Source: Pseudoalteromonas tetraodonis (GTDB lineage Bacteria; Pseudomonadota; Gammaproteobacteria; Enterobacterales; Alteromonadaceae). Taken from it: a stretch of 32,000 bases of DNA. The translations under genes and the position numbers were made by a program. The stretch's first letter is position 1; each line of letters begins with the position of its first letter. Positions 25,181 through 32,000 of the stretch are shown piece after piece. The stretch spans positions 690,001 through 722,000 of the forward strand of contig NZ_CP011042.1 of assembly GCF_002310835.1 (NCBI RefSeq), read 5' to 3'. The notes beneath the pieces are model-generated. The model was not told where the DNA came from and searched no databases. It saw nothing but the letters and a program-made list of their open reading frames with translations.

Positions 25181-26392
25181 ATGCTTGTTGCTCTGGTCGA
25201 TACATTAAAACAATTACGTTATCAAATAGCTCATCTTGAAGATAATACACTCTCATCAGAATATCCAGAACTAGCCTCTTTTATACAGCAAGTCAGCTTG
25301 ACTGTAACTGAATCAAAGGCTGATCTTAATTTTTTATACCAGTTTTTATATGTTTATGGACGAAAATCTGAGGCAACCTATAGTCGTTTTCGTAATGAGT
25401 TGGAACGTTTTTATTTATGGTCATGGCTTATAGCTGAAAAATCTGTATTTGAACTTAAGCGTGAAGATATTGAAGCCTATGTTGATTTTATGGTTGAACC
25501 GGATAAAAAATGGGCATCTAAATCTGTTCAATGGCGTTATAAAGATGAGCAAGGAATTCGTCGGTTAAATCAAAATTGGCGCCCTTTCATGTTAAAAGAA
25601 TCTATTGCGAGTCAGCAAACATTATCGGCCATGTTTACTGCCCTCAATGTATTTTATAAATTCGCTATTTTAGAAGAAAAAACCTTTGCTAACTTTGTAC
25701 CTGTTGTTAAAAAAAATAGTCCCTACTTGGTTGTGCAATCGCAAATACAAATCCCCGATACATTAAGTGATATTCAATGGGAATATGTATTTGGCGTTAC
25801 CAGAGATATATGCGAAAAAAAACCAGAGTATGAAAGAAACTTATTTACCCTCGCCTGTTTAAAAGGACTCTATCTTCGTATTTCAGAATTATCAGAGCGA
25901 CCACAATGGTCACCTGTTATGTCTCATTTTTGGCAAGATAATGATGGCTTTTGGTTTTTACGAATAATGGGCAAAGGAAATAAATTACGCGATGTAACAT
26001 TAAGTGATGATTTTCTTGAGTATTTAAAACGTTATCGCTTGTATCGAGGCTTGCCTGCTCTGCCCCGCGTTGATGAGTCAGACCCTCTAGTTCATAAAAT
26101 TCGTGGTCAGGGTGGAATGACCGTAAGACAAATTCGCAGATTGGTACAACAAAGTTTCGATATTGCGCAACAATCTTTACTTGATGATGGATTTAAAGAT
26201 GACGCGGAACAATTAGAAGCGGCCACTGCGCATTGGCTACGCCATACGGGGGCAACGCATGACGCGCAAACTCGCCCTTTAAAACATTTATCTGAAGATT
26301 TAGGCCATGCAAAAATTGCTACAACCGATCAAATTTATATTCAAACAAATATAAAAGAGCGGGCTAAATCTGGAATTAAAAGGAAAATTTAA
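25181..26392 (+). CDS. Tyrosine site-specific recombinase / integrase
   Basis: Full catalytic set in order: Arg I 'GLYLRISELS', beta-hairpin Lys 'GKGNKLRDVTL', 'HWLRHTGATH' (HxxR), 'LGHAKIATTDQIY' (His/Tyr; Tyr codon 26336-26338). N-terminal SAM-like core-binding region ('REDIEAYVDFM'). Confidence 0.9.
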   Translation: MLVALVDTLKQLRYQIAHLEDNTLSSEYPELASFIQQVSLTVTESKADLNFLYQFLYVYGRKSEATYSRFRNELERFYLWSWLIAEKSVFELKREDIEAYVDFMVEPDKKWASKSVQWRYKDEQGIRRLNQNWRPFMLKESIASQQTLSAMFTALNVFYKFAILEEKTFANFVPVVKKNSPYLVVQSQIQIPDTLSDIQWEYVFGVTRDICEKKPEYERNLFTLACLKGLYLRISELSERPQWSPVMSHFWQDNDGFWFLRIMGKGNKLRDVTLSDDFLEYLKRYRLYRGLPALPRVDESDPLVHKIRGQGGMTVRQIRRLVQQSFDIAQQSLLDDGFKDDAEQLEAATAHWLRHTGATHDAQTRPLKHLSEDLGHAKIATTDQIYIQTNIKERAKSGIKRKI

Positions 26393-27591
26393 TGGAATAC
26401 TTAGTGATCTCATTTATTGGCGTTTTATTTTTAGTTTATTCCTTAACATTTCGCCAACTAGAAAAAACCGAAGTAACGGGGCCAATGTTTTTTGTAATTG
26501 GTGGGATATTGCTTGCCACACTTTTACCTAACGAAAGTAGCAGAATAAAAACCGGCATAGATTTTTTACTGCCCTTTATAGAATTGACACTCAGTATTTT
26601 TTTATTTTCTGATGCGGCTAAGTCAAAATTAAGTGTTTTAAGACATAGCTTTCAGTATCCAAGTTTACTGTTATTTATCGCCCTCCCCTTAACGTTATTA
26701 CTTGGGATTGCCGTTGGGTTATTTTTGTTTGCCGATTTATCTGTTATTCAAGCGGCGTTACTTGCAATAATATTAACGCCTACCGATGCGGCGTTGAGTA
26801 AAGGGTTATTGGCAAGTACGCAGGTACCTGAAAAAATTCGTGAAGGAATTAATACCGAAAGTGGTTTGAATGATGGTTTATGTGTTCCTATTTTTTTAAT
26901 ATTTATATTACTGGCAAAAAATCCTGAATCTGCAATCACAGCAACGCAAACGTTAAGTGTGTTTGGCAGAGAACTTGGTTTAGCCTTATTAATTGCCTTT
27001 ACAAGTACCGCTATTTTTATTCCGTGTTTAAATTTTGCAATGAAGCGCCATTACTTTGCGCAAAACACGAGTCCTTTTTTATTATTAGGTTTTGCTATGG
27101 CGGTGTTTTCGATTACGCAATATTTTCATGGCAGTGGATTTATTGCGGTGTTTGTTGCGGGTTTATTATTTGATAAATACGCCACTACTAAAATAAGCAA
27201 AGAGTTGATAGAAGACTCAGAGCATATTGCTGACTTTACTTCTTTAATGATCTGGTGTTTGTTTGGATTTGTATGTGCTTATTTAGTTTTACCTAAATTA
27301 AATTTAGCGATAATAACGTATGCATTATTAAGTACGACTTTAATTAGAATAATACCGGTTATGCTGTCATTGCAATTTACAGCACTAACAATTAAAGAGC
27401 GTTTTACATTTGCTTGGTTTGGGCCAAGAGGATTGGCCTCAATTGTTTTTACCTTAATGGTAATAGACACACAAATAGAAAACAAATTTCAAATTGCGAC
27501 CATTGCCATGACAACAATTTTATTTAGTGTGTTTATTCACGGTATTAGTACAAAACCTATAGCAGATAGTTTTGCTAAAAAAACTAAATAA
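26392..27591 (+). CDS. Cation:proton antiporter, CPA1/NhaP type
   Basis: 10-12 TM segments. 'ILTPTDAAL' and 'ESGLNDG' (ND motif of CPA1 exchangers). AAAGGAAA RBS 7 nt upstream. The ATG shares its A with the integrase TAA (TAATG). Confidence 0.9.
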   Translation: MEYLVISFIGVLFLVYSLTFRQLEKTEVTGPMFFVIGGILLATLLPNESSRIKTGIDFLLPFIELTLSIFLFSDAAKSKLSVLRHSFQYPSLLLFIALPLTLLLGIAVGLFLFADLSVIQAALLAIILTPTDAALSKGLLASTQVPEKIREGINTESGLNDGLCVPIFLIFILLAKNPESAITATQTLSVFGRELGLALLIAFTSTAIFIPCLNFAMKRHYFAQNTSPFLLLGFAMAVFSITQYFHGSGFIAVFVAGLLFDKYATTKISKELIEDSEHIADFTSLMIWCLFGFVCAYLVLPKLNLAIITYALLSTTLIRIIPVMLSLQFTALTIKERFTFAWFGPRGLASIVFTLMVIDTQIENKFQIATIAMTTILFSVFIHGISTKPIADSFAKKTK

Positions 27592-27604
27592 ATATAAGCA
27601 AAAT

Positions 27605-27644
27605 AAAAAGGCGTACTTAATAATAAGTTACGCCTTTTTATTTT
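27605..27644. terminator. Bidirectional terminator between the antiporter and ydiJ
   Basis: A5-GGCGTA (27605-27615) / 13-nt loop / TACGCC-T5 (27629-27639), then ATTTT. Confidence 0.75.
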
Positions 27645-27664
27645 CAGCTTAATTAATTAAATTA

Positions 27665-30600
27665 TTAACTAAGTACATTTGCCAGTAACTCTATCGGATG
27701 CTTGGGTTTAAACTTTTCATAACGTTTAACTTGGCTGCGACATGAGAATCCCGTTGATAAAAGTTGCTCAGGTTTATTTTTATCAATAATTGGTTTCCAA
27801 CTCATTTCGTAAAGCGATCGAGAGTTATCTTGGTTTTGCGCTTCATGGCCATACGTACCCGCCATTCCACAACAACCAGTACTTGTTGTTTTTAATGTTA
27901 AACCAAGCTCATCAAAAATAGTTTTCCAAACGTTTGCTGCTTTTGGTAATGCGGTTGTTTCAGTACAGTGACTTAATAATGTAAATTCAGTATTTAAATT
28001 TTGTTTAGCCGTTAACTGTTTAAATGATTGTGTTTCTAGCCATTCATGAGCAAGTTGCACATGAAAATCACCACGGTTATTTTCTAAAATTGTATTATAT
28101 TCATCGCGATAACACATAACTAAAGACGCATCTAAACCAACTAATGGCGCATTTATTTCGTTAAGTTGATTTAAAAATTCTGCGGCATTTTTAGCTGTCA
28201 CTTTAAACTCATGTAAAAAACCTTTTACATGCTGAGGTTTACCATTGGGTTTAAATGGTAACAACATTGGTTTTTTTCCAAGCTGTGTGATCAGTGTAAT
28301 AAAGCTCTCAACCAATTCGGCTTCGTAAAAGCTGGTAAATGGGTCTTGAACAATGAGTACATAATCATTTTGCTCATCGGCGCTTAACTTTTTAAGTAAA
28401 TCTAAATCGAATTTTTGCGCTTTGTTTACACGTTTACCGAGTGCCGGAATACTTAGCTGCGGGGTATCAACATAACCGACCGTTTTTTTAATGATGCTAC
28501 TAACCAATGATGTTTTTACAATTGGGTTAATAATCCGAGCAAATTTTGACATTAACGGTGCGCTATTTTCGATACTACCCACTAAATAATCTTTCAGTGG
28601 GCGCGCATAATAACTATGGTAATAATTTAAAAAACGAGCTCGAAAAGTTGGTACATCTACCTTTATTGGGCAAGCGGTAGTACACGCTTTACATGCTAAA
28701 CATTCGTCCATTGATGCTTTTACTTCGTGAGAAAAATCGTAAATGCCTTTATTTTTTTCACGGCTATGAACAAAACGCTCCCACCAGGTGATCACTTCAC
28801 CTTTGTTTAGCTCTTTTTCTACTTCAAGCAAATTAACATCTTTTGACTCTTGAAGTCGTAACCATTCACGCATTAAACCCGCGCGACCTTTAGGTGAGTT
28901 ACGACGATCGCCGGTCACTTTATAAGATGGGCACATTGGCGAGTTTTCATCATAATTAAAACACAAGCCGTTACCATTACAGGTCATTGCATTGTTAAAA
29001 CTGGTTTTAACATCAATAGAAATTTGCTTATCGAAGTAAGAACGTTTCTGCCCATCAACACTAACTAGTGAGTCTTTACTTTCAATTGGCGTACATATTT
29101 TACCGGGGTTTATTTTATTATTAGGATCAAAAGCTGACTTTATTTTTCGTAATTGAGTAAATAAATGCTCACCAAAAAATTCAGGGCCGTATTCACTTCG
29201 GTATCCTTTGCCATGCTCGCCCCACATTAATCCACCGTATTTAGCGGTGAGTTTTACTACCTCATCTGAAATTGTACGTAGTAATTTTTCTTGTTCTGGG
29301 TCGCACATATCCAGTGCAGGTCTAACATGTAATACACCGGCATCAACATGGCCAAACATACCATATTGTAAATTATAGCTGTCGAGTAATGCTCTAAATT
29401 CGACAATGTAATCGGCTAAATTTTCAGGCGGTACGGCAGTATCCTCTGCAAACGCGAGGGGCTTTTGGCTTCCTTTTACATTACCTAATAAACCCACTGA
29501 TTTTTTACGCATTGCATAAATTTTTAGTATATCGCTTTTATCGCTTGTTAACTGATAGCCAATAACCCCATTAGTTTGATTTTCAACGCACTCATCTAAT
29601 AATTTACATAAAGTGTCTACTTTGTCTTTTATGTCTTGTGGTGATACAGCATTAAACTCAACCATGTTGAGTCCTTGCATATCTTTATTTGGTACATCGG
29701 TTATTAAGTCCGATACTGAATGCCAAATAATGTCTTCGCGCGCAAGATTCAAAACTTTGCTGTCAACGGTTTCAACCGAGGTAGCACGGGCATCAACCAA
29801 AAATGGTGAATGGCGAAGTGCAGAATCAAAACTGTCATATTTTATATTGATGAGTGTTTTAAATTCAGCAATGGGTGTTAGGTTTAATTTCGCCTCAGTA
29901 ACTATACCTAATGAGCCTTCAGAACCTGTAATTAGTCGACTCATATCAAAAGTTTGTAAGTCTTCACTTAGTACATGCTCTAGGTCATACCCAGTTAAGA
30001 AGCGATTTAATCGTGGGAATTTGGCTAATATAGCGTCGCGTTCACTAATTGAAATATCTAAAACTGTTTTGTATATTTGCCCAATTAATGAGTCTTGATC
30101 GGCAATTATTTTTGCTTTTTCTATGTCTATTGGGCTGGTACACATTGCTGTGCCGTCGACTAAATACGTGGTTAGCCCTAAAACATGGTCGCTGGTTTTG
30201 CCATAAACTAATGAACCTTGGCCAGATGCATCTGTACTGATCATGCCGCCAATGGTGGCGCGGTTACTGGTAGATAAATCGGGTGAAAAGAAAAATCCAT
30301 ACGGTTTTAAAAAGTCGTTAAGTTGATCTTTTATCACGCCCGTTTGAACTCGTACCCAACCTTCTTCTACATTTATTTCGAGGATTTCACGCATGTAACG
30401 TGATAAATCAACCACAATACCTGGGGTTAAAGACTGTCCGTTAGTGCCTGTGCCGCCACCGCGAGGACCAAAAGTTAACGACAAAAACGGGTCATGAGAT
30501 GCAGTTTGTAAGGCAATTTGAATGTCTTTTTCACTTTTTGGAAAAATAACACCTTGCGGAAGCTGCTGGTAAATACTGTTATCGGTTGATGCAGTCAGCC

Positions 30601-30712
30601 TCGTTGCATAACTGGCGTCTGTATCTCCAGTAAACCCTTGATTTTTTATGGTATTTAAGTAATTTGCAACCAATTCGGTCGCGGCATCTTGTTGTGTAAT
30701 CGTTGCTATCAT
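27665..30712 (-). CDS. ydiJ: FAD-binding and 4Fe-4S/CCG-domain oxidoreductase YdiJ (D-2-hydroxyglutarate dehydrogenase family)
   Basis: 1015 aa, colinear with E. coli YdiJ as I recall it: 'QGFTGDT..SYA.RL..STDNSIYQ', 'PRGGGTGTNGQ', 'NRATIGGMISTDASGQGSLVYGKTSDHVLG', 'CLACKACTTACPIKVDVP', 'CCGMAGTYGHEA', 'GFSCRSQVKR'. Confidence 0.92.
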   Translation of the reverse strand: MIATITQQDAATELVANYLNTIKNQGFTGDTDASYATRLTASTDNSIYQQLPQGVIFPKSEKDIQIALQTASHDPFLSLTFGPRGGGTGTNGQSLTPGIVVDLSRYMREILEINVEEGWVRVQTGVIKDQLNDFLKPYGFFFSPDLSTSNRATIGGMISTDASGQGSLVYGKTSDHVLGLTTYLVDGTAMCTSPIDIEKAKIIADQDSLIGQIYKTVLDISISERDAILAKFPRLNRFLTGYDLEHVLSEDLQTFDMSRLITGSEGSLGIVTEAKLNLTPIAEFKTLINIKYDSFDSALRHSPFLVDARATSVETVDSKVLNLAREDIIWHSVSDLITDVPNKDMQGLNMVEFNAVSPQDIKDKVDTLCKLLDECVENQTNGVIGYQLTSDKSDILKIYAMRKKSVGLLGNVKGSQKPLAFAEDTAVPPENLADYIVEFRALLDSYNLQYGMFGHVDAGVLHVRPALDMCDPEQEKLLRTISDEVVKLTAKYGGLMWGEHGKGYRSEYGPEFFGEHLFTQLRKIKSAFDPNNKINPGKICTPIESKDSLVSVDGQKRSYFDKQISIDVKTSFNNAMTCNGNGLCFNYDENSPMCPSYKVTGDRRNSPKGRAGLMREWLRLQESKDVNLLEVEKELNKGEVITWWERFVHSREKNKGIYDFSHEVKASMDECLACKACTTACPIKVDVPTFRARFLNYYHSYYARPLKDYLVGSIENSAPLMSKFARIINPIVKTSLVSSIIKKTVGYVDTPQLSIPALGKRVNKAQKFDLDLLKKLSADEQNDYVLIVQDPFTSFYEAELVESFITLITQLGKKPMLLPFKPNGKPQHVKGFLHEFKVTAKNAAEFLNQLNEINAPLVGLDASLVMCYRDEYNTILENNRGDFHVQLAHEWLETQSFKQLTAKQNLNTEFTLLSHCTETTALPKAANVWKTIFDELGLTLKTTSTGCCGMAGTYGHEAQNQDNSRSLYEMSWKPIIDKNKPEQLLSTGFSCRSQVKRYEKFKPKHPIELLANVLS

Positions 30713-30856
30713 GGCGGCGCTTTTTAATGCATTTGTGTAATTATATCATGGTGATGGCTAATAGAAATTGAAGATTTTACAGTTTGTAACACTCTTTTAA
30801 TCGTAATATGAGCAGCTGCAATTATAATCAAATTAAACGCCTACTATGAGGTTTAT

Positions 30857-31075
30857 ATGAAAAAACTACTTATACAGATCAGCGGGACACTGTTTATTTT
30901 ATTAGGACTACTATTTGCCGTAGTACCTGGACCCTCGTTAATATTTTTTATTGCAGGTTTACTGTGCTTTTCTATGTATTACCCAAAAGCGAGAGGTTAT
31001 TTAGCGTGGTGTCAAAAAGCGCTTACTCGTTCATGTGCTTATTTAGATAAAAAATTAGCAAAACACACATTTTAA
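30857..31075 (+). CDS. Small two-TM membrane protein, PGPGW-like
   Basis: 72 aa with a GAGG RBS. Two hydrophobic helices around 'VPGPSLIFFIAG' (PGPGW-family-like motif). Confidence 0.55.
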   Translation: MKKLLIQISGTLFILLGLLFAVVPGPSLIFFIAGLLCFSMYYPKARGYLAWCQKALTRSCAYLDKKLAKHTF

Positions 31076-31080
31076 GCCAT

Positions 31081-31111
31081 AAAAAATGCCAGCAGATGCT
31101 GGCATTTTTTT
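31081..31111. terminator. Strong bidirectional terminator between the PGPGW gene and ppsA
   Basis: A6 - ATGCCAGC (31086-31093) / AGAT / GCTGGCAT (31098-31105) - T-run to 31111. Confidence 0.9.
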
Positions 31112-31122
31112 AACAAGGTAAT

Positions 31123-32000
31123 TTATTTAGCGAGTTTATCAGCTAAGTATAACCATGTTTCTAGTACTGTATCTGGGTTAAGCGAGACAGAATCAATGCC
31201 CTGCTCTACTAACCATGCAGCAAAATCTTCATGATCTGAAGGACCTTGACCACAAATACCTACGTACTTACCTTTTTCTTTTGCTGTTTTAATAGCCATA
31301 GAAAGAAGTTTTTTGATTGCAGGGTCGCGCTCATCAAATAAGTGCGCAATTAAACCTGAATCACGGTCAAGACCAAGCGTTAACTGAGTTAAATCATTAG
31401 AGCCGATAGAGAAACCATCGAAGTATTCTAAAAATTCTTCAGCCATTAATGCATTTGACGGAAGTTCACACATCATAATTACTTTAAGACCATTTTCGCC
31501 ACGTTTAAGGCCATGCTCTTCAAGTAATTCAATAACGCGTTTACCTTCTTCAAGGGTACGTACGAATGGGATCATGATTTCGATGTTAGTCATATCCATG
31601 GTATTTCTAACACGTTTTATTGCTTCACACTCAAGGGCAAAACAATCACGGAAATCTTCAGAAATATAACGCGCAGCACCACGGAAACCAATCATTGGGT
31701 TTTCTTCTTCTGGCTCGTATTGCTGGCCGCCCACTAAGTTTGCGTATTCGTTTGATTTAAAATCAGACATACGCACAATTACACGCTCTGGAGCAAACGC
31801 ACAACCTAGGGTAGAAATACCTTCAACAAGTTTGCCAATATAGAATTCAACAGGTGATTCGTAACCGGCAATCATGTCAGTAATTTCTGCTTTTAATGCA
31901 TCAGTTTGTGCATCAAAATTTAATAACGCTTTAGGGTGAACACCAATCATACGGTTGATGATAAACTCAACGCGCGCAAGGCCAACACCTGAATGTGGTA
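31123..32000 (-). CDS. ppsA: Phosphoenolpyruvate synthase, C-terminal PEP-utilising TIM-barrel part (gene continues beyond the window)
   Basis: '[10 protein letters not shown]', '[12 protein letters not shown]', 'IMIPFVRT', '[19 protein letters not shown]', '[32 protein letters not shown]' match PpsA. The reading frame stays open to base 32000. Confidence 0.95.
   Translation of the reverse strand, partial: PHSGVGLARVEFIINRMIGVHPKALLNFDAQTDALKAEITDMIAGYESPVEFYIGKLVEGISTLGCAFAPERVIVRMSDFKSNEYANLVGGQQYEPEEENPMIGFRGAARYISEDFRDCFALECEAIKRVRNTMDMTNIEIMIPFVRTLEEGKRVIELLEEHGLKRGENGLKVIMMCELPSNALMAEEFLEYFDGFSIGSNDLTQLTLGLDRDSGLIAHLFDERDPAIKKLLSMAIKTAKEKGKYVGICGQGPSDHEDFAAWLVEQGIDSVSLNPDTVLETWLYLADKLAK

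Noticed and set aside
22827-27644. The similar terminator sequences at 22827 and 27605 as attL/attR direct repeats.
   Set aside because: The shared part (AAAGGCGTA ... GCCTTTTT) is just the generic A-tract/GC-stem/T-tract terminator architecture. The identity is too short and interrupted.
29613-30098. 161-aa ORF antisense to ydiJ.
   Set aside because: ydiJ is colinear with the E. coli protein over its full length. The antisense ORF has no motif or RBS.
1142-30240. Short and medium ORFs in the track that lie inside longer genes on the opposite strand or in another frame: 1142-1339, 2071-2277, 8594-8809, 14229-14480, 15203-15472, 15928-16185, 17207-17431, 19313-19561, 19724-19945, 21592-21792, 21738-22058, 26748-26939, 27279-27485, 30049-30240.
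   Set aside because: Each is fully nested in a CDS with strong family motifs. They have no RBS, low-complexity or odd composition, and no recognisable motif. These are typical shadow ORFs.
1-32000. tRNA, rRNA, IS element or transposase genes.
   Set aside because: I saw no T-loop/acceptor-stem pattern (GGTTCGAATCC-like), no rRNA-like conserved blocks, and no DDE/transposase-like ORF or terminal inverted repeats on either strand.

Overview
This is a 32-kb chromosomal segment at roughly 40% GC (hand counts on sample lines). It looks like a marine gammaproteobacterium. The Alteromonadales/Pseudoalteromonas-like attribution is inference from gene content, AT-rich intergenic regions and a GlyGly-CTERM sorting tail. 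I support 27 protein-coding genes and found no rRNA, tRNA, CRISPR array or transposase. Left to right: a 5'-truncated MBL-fold hydrolase, a PAS-PAS-GGDEF-EAL c-di-GMP protein, a Cache/HAMP chemoreceptor and a BacNaV-type voltage-gated channel. Four small genes follow (lipoprotein, unknown, YwbE, DUF4240-like). Next is a 2103-aa thermolysin-family (M4) metalloprotease with a long multi-module tail and a GlyGly-CTERM anchor, then a small secreted unknown. The SOS-controlled umuDC operon has a textbook LexA box. After it come a divergent MarR / siderophore-interacting-reductase pair, a YhbW-like luciferase-type oxidoreductase, a YjjU-like patatin, an alanine/glycine:cation symporter and a second patatin-like protein. 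An accessory-looking stretch runs from about 22.8 to 27.6 kb. It holds an AT-rich orphan gene, a perfect 10-copy heptanucleotide repeat, a SYLF lipoprotein, and a tyrosine integrase whose stop overlaps the start of an NhaP-type antiporter. The window ends with YdiJ, a PGPGW membrane peptide and the 3' part of ppsA. I do not see a recognisable multi-gene defence, secretion or biosynthetic system. The best novelty candidates are the 22.8-27.6 kb islet, the architecture of the giant M4 protease, and the acidic Ca-channel-like selectivity filter of the channel. All family calls come from motif recognition by eye; no database search was possible.
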